Part shown: in pieces, positions 38,283 to 49,119 of the stretch
Layout: every line of letters starts with the position of its first letter
Numbering within the stretch: the stretch's first letter is position 1
From: a virus
Taxonomy: Duplodnaviria; Caudoviricetes
DNA length: 64,000 bases
Virus record (IMG/VR): IMGVR_UViG_3300032007_000023
Span: 32,001-96,000 of that record
Strand: one strand, 5' to 3'
The notes under the pieces: generated by a model
The model's database searches: none
Seen by the model: the letters and a program-made list of their open reading frames with translations, nothing else
Told to the model about the DNA's origin: nothing
Translations under genes and position numbers: made by a program

Positions 38283-41090
38283 ATGAGACAGTACGATGAA
38301 ACATTCGAACGTGCAATGAAATTCGTTAAAAATTCTCAAGATATGCATCCGGGTATATCCAATATCTATGTATTTACATCAGTTGATAAAGATGGAAATA
38401 TTGTAGATGAAAAGTATGGAATGAATCTTATGACAAATAATGGATTCAAGGCCATCTATCAGGATAATGAAACATTCGCTGCGTCAGATACAATACATCT
38501 CTATGTCGGATCAGGTGTTAGTACTAATCCGGGAATAAGAGTTGAAGATACAAGTCTTGAAGTTCCCTGTTTTAATGGTCTTGCTGCCACTAATTCAGAT
38601 ACTACAAAAAACTTTTCGTATCCATTGTATTATGCCGTAAGTGATCAACCGAATCAGGGTTTAATAACCCTGATTTCTCGGTTCTTGAAATGTTATTATC
38701 CAGAAAATATAACAGGATTCCCGGACCAGACTCGAATCGACGAGTATGGTATTGGTAAAGCTTGGAATAACATATGGACACATTCTCACACTTATAATCT
38801 TAAGGGAGAACGAGCATCTGTTTTCAAGACACCAAGCACACGTCTTGAGATATCCGTTTATATGTGTCTTTCTATAAATGAAAGCGTGATAGTAAATGGA
38901 TGGGCTAACGATAGATATACAATGATAACTACAAATGCTATCATGTATCATCGTATGTTTGAATCATATCTCAAGACATATAAAAGAGATGATATCGTTT
39001 ATACGAGAAAAACGTATGATTATAATGATGGATATCATAATATCAATAATACAGGCGGTACATATGAAAATTCAACCGTATTACCACCGGTGACATTAAC
39101 AGACGGATCAAATCCAGAATCTGCGTATATAGATGGATTTATATATCAAACTGATGGATTTATTATCGTTGAACCACAATATCTCGATGTACCGGAAAAT
39201 GTTAATTTAACAAACTTCTATTCAAAAACACCATATGAATATTCGGGATTCAGTGATAAGTTTGGAACGTATCCAAGAAATAGTTCCGGTAATGTTGATG
39301 CTTCTTCATATTCAAAAGCACAATGGCCTCCGTTTACACGTTTAAGATCTGCAGCTGCATATTTATTTGATTGGAAGACACAGGAATGGGATAATCCATT
39401 AAGTGTTTATAATCCAAACAATCGAGTTTATTCAGACACTCCGGGTCAGACTAACTGTGGTTTACCGTTAACATATTATGGAAACGGAACATATATCACT
39501 GGATATGTTCATCAGAATATCGATACATCAGATCCAATAGTTGCAATCTTGGGTAATACGATCAGTATCACCTTATATGCAGCAAATAAATACTGGGATA
39601 AGCAAACATGGATACCGATAACAAACAAGAAAAACATTCCTGTCGAAGCAAGGAATTGTCGGTATTGGATAACCGATGACAACACCAGTGCTAACAAACT
39701 CATATTCCAAAGAGAATCTGACGTTTTCCAATTATTGGAAAAAGGTGGCACTACTCCTGCTGATAATGGTTTTGTCACATATGACGGATTTGCAATTGAA
39801 AAGGGTGTTCAGTCTCAATGTGATGGAAACGGTTGGTATATGAAGAATAATAAGCTTTATACGCCAATAAATCAAGCAACATATACAATTGGTAATTCAA
39901 CCGAAACAGAATCATTTACTTATGGAAAATATATAGTAACCTTTAATTCTGTTAATAACAAAATTATCGTTACTGATGTTTCTAATGCAACTACATCTGA
40001 TCCTATACCAGCTCCAACAGAAATAACAATCGATTGGGGTTCTGGTAATAATGTCAATTCATATACCGGTTGTTATATAACAGAAACAGGAACGGGTATA
40101 ATATGCATGCAGTCAATTACATCTGGAGTCGAAGCGTGTGCAATTATTGACATGCGTGATTCATCCGGTGTGACAGTTACTGTTAAACCATGGAAATTAG
40201 CATGTGCTATTTGGGGTACAAATAAACTCGCATATATTCCATCATCAACTCAGGAAATCCATATATATAATATACAGAGCCAGTCTGATGACGGAAGTAC
40301 TATTCCTTTTCCTTCAACAATATCAAATATACCATTCATGTTTGGTCATACCAAATATGTGTGGTTTACAGATGGATCAACATATTCATATTATGTTGAT
40401 ATCACATCCGTTGATAGAACACCGGTTGGTTATGATAATAATATCTTATATACATCTAATCTTCATCAAGTCAAAATCACAAATGTTGATGATGTGTTTA
40501 TTGTATATAAAAAGAATGAAGCCAGTAAAAATAATGTGAAGAATGCTCATTATATAACATTATCAAATCCGGGCCATCCAATATCAATGACCGATTTTGA
40601 ACTCAATGTTGATGATCTGGGTACAAGAATAGATTTCATATTAAGATATGTACAAAAATATTCATCCGGTAATACACAACATGGTGCTCTGGCACTTATC
40701 ATAACGAGACATTATTCATACAGATCATCTGTAGGTGCACAAAATCAAGTTATTGATTTCGGTCAATACTTATCAACAGGCAATGTTGTAAGATGGACTG
40801 ATTTTAGGACTAACGGATCTGGAATAATTCTCTATGGCGAGAATGTAATATGGGACACACATATCAAAAGTCCATTGATAAATTGGCTGCCAATAAAGCT
40901 TGTTGGTACGACCGATACAATAGGTGCTTTAAATAAAATAAAAAGCATTACAAACAAGCAATATATCATATCATACACAAATCGTCCTTCATGGGGAGAT
41001 GGTTCATCTAACTCAAAGGGTATACCTCCTGGAAAACCATTGGCTGTAACTGATGGAACGGGCGATATTATCGGTTGGACAGATTTGTGA
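38283..41090 (+). CDS. Putative tail/baseplate structural protein (paralog of 41117)
   Basis: Start reassigned to ATG 38283 behind GGAGG; beta-rich and T/N/Y-rich; shares motifs with the next gene. Confidence 0.6.
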   Translation: MRQYDETFERAMKFVKNSQDMHPGISNIYVFTSVDKDGNIVDEKYGMNLMTNNGFKAIYQDNETFAASDTIHLYVGSGVSTNPGIRVEDTSLEVPCFNGLAATNSDTTKNFSYPLYYAVSDQPNQGLITLISRFLKCYYPENITGFPDQTRIDEYGIGKAWNNIWTHSHTYNLKGERASVFKTPSTRLEISVYMCLSINESVIVNGWANDRYTMITTNAIMYHRMFESYLKTYKRDDIVYTRKTYDYNDGYHNINNTGGTYENSTVLPPVTLTDGSNPESAYIDGFIYQTDGFIIVEPQYLDVPENVNLTNFYSKTPYEYSGFSDKFGTYPRNSSGNVDASSYSKAQWPPFTRLRSAAAYLFDWKTQEWDNPLSVYNPNNRVYSDTPGQTNCGLPLTYYGNGTYITGYVHQNIDTSDPIVAILGNTISITLYAANKYWDKQTWIPITNKKNIPVEARNCRYWITDDNTSANKLIFQRESDVFQLLEKGGTTPADNGFVTYDGFAIEKGVQSQCDGNGWYMKNNKLYTPINQATYTIGNSTETESFTYGKYIVTFNSVNNKIIVTDVSNATTSDPIPAPTEITIDWGSGNNVNSYTGCYITETGTGIICMQSITSGVEACAIIDMRDSSGVTVTVKPWKLACAIWGTNKLAYIPSSTQEIHIYNIQSQSDDGSTIPFPSTISNIPFMFGHTKYVWFTDGSTYSYYVDITSVDRTPVGYDNNILYTSNLHQVKITNVDDVFIVYKKNEASKNNVKNAHYITLSNPGHPISMTDFELNVDDLGTRIDFILRYVQKYSSGNTQHGALALIITRHYSYRSSVGAQNQVIDFGQYLSTGNVVRWTDFRTNGSGIILYGENVIWDTHIKSPLINWLPIKLVGTTDTIGALNKIKSITNKQYIISYTNRPSWGDGSSNSKGIPPGKPLAVTDGTGDIIGWTDL

Positions 41091-41116
41091 TAATGAAAAT
41101 GTAAGAGGTGATATAA

Positions 41117-44100
41117 ATGAATGAATATCCAAAAATATTAGAAACATTCAAAAAGAATTGTCCTACTGCAAAATTTTCAAATCTGTATGTATGTGAATCA
41201 GTTGATATGGATGGCAATGTTATTGAAACAAAAATTGGTAAAAACATTGTCACAAATTATGGTTTACCAACTGCTGTTGATGGTATTATATATAGCAACA
41301 CACATATGGCTCTTGGCAATGGATATGCTATATCTGATCCTGATAACATTGATCCTTCTGAATCAGCATTAAAAGCATATTTTTCCGACCTCGGTTTTAG
41401 TTCTAATCATAGAGATAAAAGTGTGACTACATATCCAATCGAATATGATTCACAGACACATCTGATGACACAATCAGTTCGTGGCGGTTCTTATATGTGG
41501 GATTATACAGCAGGTAATAATGGGACATATGAAGCAACTGAATTTGGCATAAACTATTATGAGACATATAATAATAAAAATATGCTGGTTCATGCAAGAG
41601 TCTATGATGAAAATGGTAACCTTTCGAGTATAACAAAAAGACCAAATACTCGTTTATATATTACTTCCTTTTTCACATATGCTGTTAATATTGATTTAAT
41701 AAATCAATTATATCAACAGAAAATATATTTTATGTGTTCACCATTAATTGCTACCAACGATGCAATGGGAAAATCTTATAGTACGATGTATGCAATCCCA
41801 CTTTCTTCTGGCTATATGTATCAGGTCAGTACTCAGGACGCACCAGGTATAACAAAAAACTGGGAACGAATAACAACTGATGACGGTAGGTCATTACTTT
41901 CTCGCACTGTTGATACTGGACAAAGTTATTACTTTAACTCATTATTTTTCGAAAATAACAGATGGTACTGTACGGGATTTTATTATGGTGAAGCCGGTGA
42001 TGTATACCGTTCATATTGGTCGAGTTTTCTAAATGAAACAACTCTTGTTGAAAATAACAGAAGAATTATTTTTTCATATAACGAACTTCCATCAACGGGT
42101 TATGATACTATAAAAAATATAGAATCAAAATTCGTCGCTGTTAATAATTCTCATGAATTTACCCAATCAGGTACTGTTAATCAGACTGAAAATATTTTGT
42201 CATTGAAGTATAATTTTGGATCATGTAATCAAGACGACAGTGATAGAAATTATTATGGTAGAATACCTTGTTCCCAATTTGATATTTCTTCATTAATGAT
42301 GTATAACTATGACACACATGCATGGGATATTCCCGTTGGTCATATTAATGCACCTTTAACAAGATATAATAATTCACATTGGAAATTTGGATTAGAATTA
42401 AAAGTCACATATGGTGGTGTAGCCAAGTATGTGTGTATATTTACGAATCCATATACCCAGTATACTATTACGGGATTCGAAAACACTGGAATTAGTATTG
42501 TTGCAACAGATGAGTATTGGGACACGACAACATGGAATGTTATACCAAATTTAGCAGATATTCCTTCTGAATTGAGAAATAAAAGATATTATATCATAAC
42601 AGATGGTGAACACCAGGCATTGAGACCAAAATACGATATAACAACAAGACCAATACATCGTATAACACCGCCTATCGAACCATATGAAATGACAGCAAAT
42701 GGTTGTCCACTTAACAAAGAACCATCCCAGCTGCATTATGGTAGCATTCAGAGTTCCTCGATAACGAACATACTTTTTAATCCAATATCATCTGATAAAT
42801 ATTCGTATTTCTTTACATCGGCAGATCTTGTTTATTATGATATTGAAAATAAAGAACTGAAGGCATCATATCCCTTGGTATTTGATAATGATACGTACCC
42901 ACATGGTCTATTCAGATACAAGACAGAACAAGAAGATCGAATAATTGCCGCAAAAATTTATCGTTCGTCACCATATTCAAATCCATCAGGTTCAGCCATC
43001 GATAACGGGGCTTCGGTATTAACAAACGAATTTAGAATATGGACAGTTGGTGATTATGATGTTGAACCGACAGCGGTTGATATAAAACTCGAATGGTCCA
43101 TACCATTTACCGACGGAATTAATAACCCAAATATCATATCATTCTCTGATATTGGATACATGTGTATTCAGCGTCATAGTGAAATTAATGAAGGAGCATT
43201 CATTGATGTGTATAATGGTACACAACATATAATTTCATCAAACTGTGATAAGTTGTGGGCATTAAACAGAACATCACATTGTGTATATCAAGACCTTGAT
43301 GCAACAACAGGTACTAATTATGTATTTAATGTATATGACATGGAAACCAAACAGGTCATAGATACATTCTCAATTAATACCGGTGTTACATATACTATAC
43401 ACGGAGTTGTCGGTTGGCGGAATTATATATACATACAAACCGCTGATACCGCACAAAAAATAGTATTCATGTATGATACAATCAAACATGAATTAACAAC
43501 AACAACTCTTGATATGGATAAAAGACTTGATAATGACAAATTCAATCAACAGTATTCCTGGATGACAACAAACATTTATTCTACTGATGATATATTAATT
43601 ATTGGAGGATATAGTAATAAATACAACAACGGTTACATCGGACTTCTTCCTGTAATTAAATATACCGATCCAACACATACAATGGATTTGTCAGAATCTT
43701 ACTATGGCGATGTGTTTAGAAGAACACGAATAGATCAAACGCAAATAAAACGTTGTAAAAATGGACACGCTTTAATTCTACTCAACAGACAACCTGGTTC
43801 ACCTGCCGTAACGCATGTGATTAACCTTGGTGAAGTTTTTGATGAGGGTATAAAACGATATCCATCAGACCAGCTGTATCTACAAACAACGGATGGATAC
43901 AAAGATTGGCCTTGTATAGATGGTTGTGCCATGTTATATAAGGATGGAATAATTCTTGTATCTGCTACAGAGAATTCTGCATTACGAAATAAGATATTCT
44001 ATATACCCATCGAATGTATGTCGACTTTTAAAATCACAGGAACTACGGATAATATTAATGCATATAACAATCCCGTCAGATTTTCTGGGTTGAATATATC

Positions 44101-44149
44101 ACATAAAATGACTAATGATCTTAACCGTATAATCAACGGTGATACCTAA
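41117..44149 (+). CDS. Putative tail/baseplate structural protein (paralog of 38283)
   Basis: SVD.DGN, N..TN.G, EFGI, TRL.I, YWD..TW, GTTD.I.A.N motifs shared with the upstream gene. Confidence 0.6.
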   Translation: MNEYPKILETFKKNCPTAKFSNLYVCESVDMDGNVIETKIGKNIVTNYGLPTAVDGIIYSNTHMALGNGYAISDPDNIDPSESALKAYFSDLGFSSNHRDKSVTTYPIEYDSQTHLMTQSVRGGSYMWDYTAGNNGTYEATEFGINYYETYNNKNMLVHARVYDENGNLSSITKRPNTRLYITSFFTYAVNIDLINQLYQQKIYFMCSPLIATNDAMGKSYSTMYAIPLSSGYMYQVSTQDAPGITKNWERITTDDGRSLLSRTVDTGQSYYFNSLFFENNRWYCTGFYYGEAGDVYRSYWSSFLNETTLVENNRRIIFSYNELPSTGYDTIKNIESKFVAVNNSHEFTQSGTVNQTENILSLKYNFGSCNQDDSDRNYYGRIPCSQFDISSLMMYNYDTHAWDIPVGHINAPLTRYNNSHWKFGLELKVTYGGVAKYVCIFTNPYTQYTITGFENTGISIVATDEYWDTTTWNVIPNLADIPSELRNKRYYIITDGEHQALRPKYDITTRPIHRITPPIEPYEMTANGCPLNKEPSQLHYGSIQSSSITNILFNPISSDKYSYFFTSADLVYYDIENKELKASYPLVFDNDTYPHGLFRYKTEQEDRIIAAKIYRSSPYSNPSGSAIDNGASVLTNEFRIWTVGDYDVEPTAVDIKLEWSIPFTDGINNPNIISFSDIGYMCIQRHSEINEGAFIDVYNGTQHIISSNCDKLWALNRTSHCVYQDLDATTGTNYVFNVYDMETKQVIDTFSINTGVTYTIHGVVGWRNYIYIQTADTAQKIVFMYDTIKHELTTTTLDMDKRLDNDKFNQQYSWMTTNIYSTDDILIIGGYSNKYNNGYIGLLPVIKYTDPTHTMDLSESYYGDVFRRTRIDQTQIKRCKNGHALILLNRQPGSPAVTHVINLGEVFDEGIKRYPSDQLYLQTTDGYKDWPCIDGCAMLYKDGIILVSATENSALRNKIFYIPIECMSTFKITGTTDNINAYNNPVRFSGLNISHKMTNDLNRIINGDT

Positions 44150-44177
44150 TTAGATATGAAGTGTGTGGTGATATATC

Positions 44178-44711
44178 ATGGCTAATATATTTCAATCTAA
44201 AGAGGTTTTAAAAAAGACAAGGAATGCTCGTGGTGAGGCGGTAATAGTACCTGTATATGGAATGTATGTAACAGGTGAATATAAACCTCCGTATTATAAT
44301 AATAACAATGGTGTGTTTATAAATTCAATAAGCACAACAAAAGCAACAGTTGCTGACTTTACCGAAGATTCAGTAGATGTTAAAGACCCTTTTGCATGTG
44401 GTCTTGCTTCTGCTGAATTCAATATAGACTGGAATATTCAACTGTACGAGTCCGAAACAGCCCCAGATCAATACGTGGGCTTTTCATGTGGTATATGTAA
44501 TGCATCATTTGATATAAACTTTTCTATCGAAGAATATGAACGTGATTATTACGATCAACCACCGACATTTTCATGCGGAATATGTACACTCGGTATATCA
44601 GTAGCTGATTCGATAATACCAGTTCCAACAATTATTGCTGATCAAACACCTGAGTCATTGTTGTTATTAACAAGCATTCAAACAACGAAAGCAACTATAT
44701 CTGATGTATAA
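44178..44711 (+). CDS. Hypothetical structural protein with internal F(A/S)CG repeats
   Basis: PFACGL, GFSCGIC and TFSCGIC at about 30-aa spacing; termini share SI.TTKAT..D. Confidence 0.65.
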   Translation: MANIFQSKEVLKKTRNARGEAVIVPVYGMYVTGEYKPPYYNNNNGVFINSISTTKATVADFTEDSVDVKDPFACGLASAEFNIDWNIQLYESETAPDQYVGFSCGICNASFDINFSIEEYERDYYDQPPTFSCGICTLGISVADSIIPVPTIIADQTPESLLLLTSIQTTKATISDV

Positions 44712-44720
44712 CGTGTAAAA

Positions 44721-44749
44721 TATTACGGGGGCATATTGCCCCCGTAATA
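44721..44749. terminator. Bidirectional terminator between convergent operons
   Basis: TATTACGGGGGC-ATATT-GCCCCCGTAATA. Confidence 0.75.
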
Positions 44750-44756
44750 AACTTAT

Positions 44757-47700
44757 TTATTTTACGATATTGATTACGATGTTATCATCATCCATAACAA
44801 ACATTTCAGGAGTATATCTTTCAAGCTCAGATTTACCTCTGCTATCTTTGATCATATCTTCAAATGTTTTCCATTTACGAATGATTGCCTGTGTGTTGGC
44901 ATCCATATAGTTACCACCACGACCCTTATCGTTTGTATACCAACCTTTGAACTTCATCCATGCAACATTATCATGTGCTTCCATCTGTTGTATTACATGA
45001 GATATGTAGATATTATTATCCATACTGATCTCGTCGACAGGGGTGTGTACACTTGTTATACGATTGAAATATGATTTAACAATCAATCTCAATTCGTTAA
45101 TAGTGTTTGTTGCAAGAGCTTGGTTATAAAGTTTAACATCAAACTCGAGTTGGATATTCAAATCAGGCCAATATGCTCTATCGTCATCAGGATCAAGATT
45201 TACATTCAAATCAGATGAATATGAATGAGGTCTACCGTATGTTGCAATGAGTTTGCAATCAAGGTAATTGTTTCCTTCAAGACGTTTAAAGATAACTGGT
45301 TCGATTGCTTTGTGAACCTGAGTAAATGATGCAACAAAGTTTTCGAATCTATCAGAATTCATTAATGAATACTGAACAAATGGAACGAGTTGAATCGTGA
45401 GATGTCCGTTGATATTGACTGGTTCAAATGCATCATTTACATTTGCTTGATATGCACTGAATGTGTGATATATAAGATTCCAGTCGAGATGCTGTTTGAT
45501 ATCAACATAGTAGTTTGTATATGCACTATCCCAGTTAGAAGGTTCTTCTGTAAGTAATATATAATTACCATGAGAATCCTTGGTATAATATTTACCCTCT
45601 TCCCATTCAGGAGCTATGTCGCCTGTTATTGGTACGATTTCAGGATCATCATTGTCATAATGAATTATTGTATCCAATATGTCAGTGAGTTGACCGAACC
45701 ATTCGGGAATTCCATAGTCTTCCATGCATTTGCTGTACGAATTAAAGTAATCTTCTAATATTGCTTTATCAGAAACACATGCTGTCTGGAATGTAACAAA
45801 AGGATCATCAGGATCAACAGTACCTATGTACTGATTATATGCATAATCTGTGAGATAATACATGTTGAATGGTTGATCCTCATTATAGTCTGCAAATGCC
45901 ATCATATTCTTATACAGATCTATCTGTTCTTGTGATGGAACTGATGTATCACCAAATTCAACAACACTTCTCATTTCCTTTAATTCCTGAACCAGATCAA
46001 CGTCATCTAACATGAACTCATCTATGACTCTGAAACCAGTGAAGTCATCACCGAGTTCAATTTCTGAGTCTCTGTTGGGGTCATCTGATCTAACAAGTAT
46101 GGTTAACTTGATTTGAGGATCTGTTGCACTGATGCTTACAACATTACCATTTACAGCCTTCCATGAACCACCACCATTTTCAGATGATGCAATATCAATA
46201 CGATTATCAATATCAAGTAATTCTGTCAATGGATACATTGTTGCTTCGAACTTATATGAACCATCATCTTCAAGAGATACAGGTTGCATTTCGATACGTC
46301 CGGTTTCAGAACCATTGACGATTGAATGCATAAGAACACGAAGATTATTAAGCTTAAGAGGAAGCTGTTCTGAATAAACATAGAACATTGCTTCACCTTT
46401 ATCGAGTGCTGAGAAAGGTATTCTGTAATATGCTATAGCTCCACTCTCTGGTGCAGGCTTCATATCAGCATAAAGAATAATTGATGTAGAACCAAGTTGA
46501 TTGAGATCAAATACATATCTTCCTGGTTCAGATTGTTCTTCACTCCATTCATATGGAATGTAAACATTAGCAGCATTGGATATGGTATAAGTAACCTGTC
46601 TCTCAGATGAAGTATGTGTTTCTTCATCTTCGACTGCATAATATACGTTGATGTATACTGCAGAAGCATAACTCTTGCCAATCTTAATAAGCTGGCTTTC
46701 ACCATACTTTGTGAGTTCTGTTTTTGATGCTTCACCAACGACGAGTTTTGTTATCGTACCACGTGGAGCATTTTCAGAAAGACGCATCTCATAATAATTC
46801 TGAGTCTCGACTCTCTTGAATGTTATGAGATCTTCGGTAGTCAGTTTAGGAAACAGACCAATCTCAGTATCACCAGACACAGGAATATCTTGACGACTTG
46901 AACTGTTGTTACCCCATACTTCATCAGTACCATAAAGAATCATTCCAGGAATTCTTACAGGAGTTCTTTTCTTGTCAGGTGTAGAAGTATTTCCTTCTTC
47001 AATCCATATGTCACCAGAGAATGTCCACATATTATCATTCGTTCTATCCTTGGAAGTAACGCAGAAATACGTCTCCTTAGGATCGAATGGTAAGAAACCA
47101 TCGTCTTCATCAAGAGGAAGAAGTGGTATTGCTTCAGCATACATGTCCAAAGGTTTCTTGAAATAATTCCACAATACTGATTCAAAAGCAGGAGCAACCG
47201 CATTAACACGTAAATACTCAACAAGACTTTGACCATTATTCATTCCAGGTATATTAGGAAGAATATATGATGTGATGGTATAATGATCATCCTTATATGT
47301 TCTCATGATATTTGTAATGATTGGGTATGCATGATAGATATAAGAAATATCCTCGGTATTATTATCAACAGCAGCTGCAGAATTTGTCTTGTTTATTTTT
47401 GTTGCAGTAACATATTCGTTTACCCATGGATTGAAATATCCAATTGCAAACGGATCCTTCTGAATTCTTATACCAAAAGGATTTGCAAAAACAAACTTAT
47501 CTGCTATACTTGCTAATGTTGATGCAGTTTCAACAGTAACACCATTTCCTTTTGTATACGGAGTAACAGTATAAAGATGCTGATGATCCTTGTAGTTTGT
47601 TGTATATACCCAGATCCAACCTGGAGGAATTATAATCTCATTGTTGGAAACTGTGTTGTTATTGTTATTATACAATACCTCATATGGAATTTCAGCATGA

Positions 47701-48977
47701 AGTGTATTTGTCCTGTAGATGTAATCATCATTATCTGTCAAGGCAATATAACCACTCCAGATTCTACCCCATGGATCATCACGTCTCTTGAAGAAGTATG
47801 GATACAATATATTCTTGAAATAGAATGTATTGAACCACTCATCAATATCATGATCAGTTGATAAAACATTGGCAGTATTATATGCCTCAATAGTTTCTCT
47901 ACGAGTTGTTTCAACAGTACCAATGTCAGCACCACCAAGACAACCAGAAATGATGAATGCAGCTTTCATTACATTAGCATTATTAGAATATCTATTAGCT
48001 GCTGTAATTACACCAGGCTGTTCTTCATTTTTGTAGCTAGGAGCATTTGCTGCTTTACCATGACATGTGTAGATGGTTATTTCAAATGAAGAGTTTGTTT
48101 CAGGTACGAAATAACGATTACCGTTTAATTGCCACATGAAACGTATTGTCTGTGGATTGTCCATTATGTAGTGAACATATGGATTATTGTCAGTAACAGT
48201 ATCATGTATTGCAAGTATGTGATCTCTTGGTAATATTGATTCATTACCTTTACTATCGATATACTTTACATCGAATCCTGCAATATGATTTTCACACATA
48301 ATCACAGTATCTTCATTAGGTATACCATTCGTTGTATTATTTACAACAGTATGAACCTGACGTTCATATTCATTTGCCTGAATCAATAAACATAACCAAA
48401 CATCAGTAACACGATATGTGATGTAAACATTCTTGTTTGTTGCACATACATTTGCATCATTTCTATTAATATACTGAATATTCCATGCGGGAATAGATGC
48501 TTCAATACTTGATGTTGATATATCCTTATACTGGATAAGAATATCATAATCAAGAGAATACACAAATCCTTCAGGAAGATTAAACTTGGTATTCTTATCA
48601 AGAATGAATTCGTATAATCCATTATCTGCATTGAATACCGCGTTATCATAGATATCCTGAATCTTAAGTTCCAATAAGAAATTTGTTGATGCAGGTGTTG
48701 CAAATGAATAACCGATGTTGAATATTGCGGCTTCGGCATATATAGAATCCGGAAGAACCGCTTTTGTTATAAATGATTCATTGAAGTAGAATGACGATGT
48801 GAAACCGAGCTGTTCTGTTATCTGTGAAATATACTCACTGACAAGAGAGAAGAAACCTGTATTCAAAACATTCAATGGAATGTCATGAAATACTCTCGGT
48901 GCAAGCTCATCAAACATAAACTTTTTTATCTGACTATCATCAGAATAATTGTTAAGTAAGATTGATTCATCAGCCAT
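44757..48977 (-). CDS. Baseplate wedge-like structural protein
   Basis: NESFITKAVLPDSIYAEA, FATPA, PETNS...ITIYTCHGKAAN, GG.D, FFKRRDD resemble T4 gp6-like jumbo-phage wedge proteins; 1406 aa. Confidence 0.6.
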   Translation of the reverse strand: MADESILLNNYSDDSQIKKFMFDELAPRVFHDIPLNVLNTGFFSLVSEYISQITEQLGFTSSFYFNESFITKAVLPDSIYAEAAIFNIGYSFATPASTNFLLELKIQDIYDNAVFNADNGLYEFILDKNTKFNLPEGFVYSLDYDILIQYKDISTSSIEASIPAWNIQYINRNDANVCATNKNVYITYRVTDVWLCLLIQANEYERQVHTVVNNTTNGIPNEDTVIMCENHIAGFDVKYIDSKGNESILPRDHILAIHDTVTDNNPYVHYIMDNPQTIRFMWQLNGNRYFVPETNSSFEITIYTCHGKAANAPSYKNEEQPGVITAANRYSNNANVMKAAFIISGCLGGADIGTVETTRRETIEAYNTANVLSTDHDIDEWFNTFYFKNILYPYFFKRRDDPWGRIWSGYIALTDNDDYIYRTNTLHAEIPYEVLYNNNNNTVSNNEIIIPPGWIWVYTTNYKDHQHLYTVTPYTKGNGVTVETASTLASIADKFVFANPFGIRIQKDPFAIGYFNPWVNEYVTATKINKTNSAAAVDNNTEDISYIYHAYPIITNIMRTYKDDHYTITSYILPNIPGMNNGQSLVEYLRVNAVAPAFESVLWNYFKKPLDMYAEAIPLLPLDEDDGFLPFDPKETYFCVTSKDRTNDNMWTFSGDIWIEEGNTSTPDKKRTPVRIPGMILYGTDEVWGNNSSSRQDIPVSGDTEIGLFPKLTTEDLITFKRVETQNYYEMRLSENAPRGTITKLVVGEASKTELTKYGESQLIKIGKSYASAVYINVYYAVEDEETHTSSERQVTYTISNAANVYIPYEWSEEQSEPGRYVFDLNQLGSTSIILYADMKPAPESGAIAYYRIPFSALDKGEAMFYVYSEQLPLKLNNLRVLMHSIVNGSETGRIEMQPVSLEDDGSYKFEATMYPLTELLDIDNRIDIASSENGGGSWKAVNGNVVSISATDPQIKLTILVRSDDPNRDSEIELGDDFTGFRVIDEFMLDDVDLVQELKEMRSVVEFGDTSVPSQEQIDLYKNMMAFADYNEDQPFNMYYLTDYAYNQYIGTVDPDDPFVTFQTACVSDKAILEDYFNSYSKCMEDYGIPEWFGQLTDILDTIIHYDNDDPEIVPITGDIAPEWEEGKYYTKDSHGNYILLTEEPSNWDSAYTNYYVDIKQHLDWNLIYHTFSAYQANVNDAFEPVNINGHLTIQLVPFVQYSLMNSDRFENFVASFTQVHKAIEPVIFKRLEGNNYLDCKLIATYGRPHSYSSDLNVNLDPDDDRAYWPDLNIQLEFDVKLYNQALATNTINELRLIVKSYFNRITSVHTPVDEISMDNNIYISHVIQQMEAHDNVAWMKFKGWYTNDKGRGGNYMDANTQAIIRKWKTFEDMIKDSRGKSELERYTPEMFVMDDDNIVINIVK

Positions 48978-49016
48978 TTTTCAAAACCTCCTGTTATTGT
49001 ATTAAATATGTTATTG

Positions 49017-49028
49017 AACCTCGAGGTA
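49017..49028 (+). promoter_or_regulatory. Late-type promoter (AACN-N6-TA)
   Basis: AACC-TCGAGG-TA upstream of the 49120 operon. Confidence 0.4.
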
Positions 49029-49119
49029 AGTTCTACCGTATAAGGTTAAAACATACATTATGGTTTGGTCGGGAATCATCGACAATCCATAATAATTTTA
49101 TGAAAAGGAGATGTTAATT

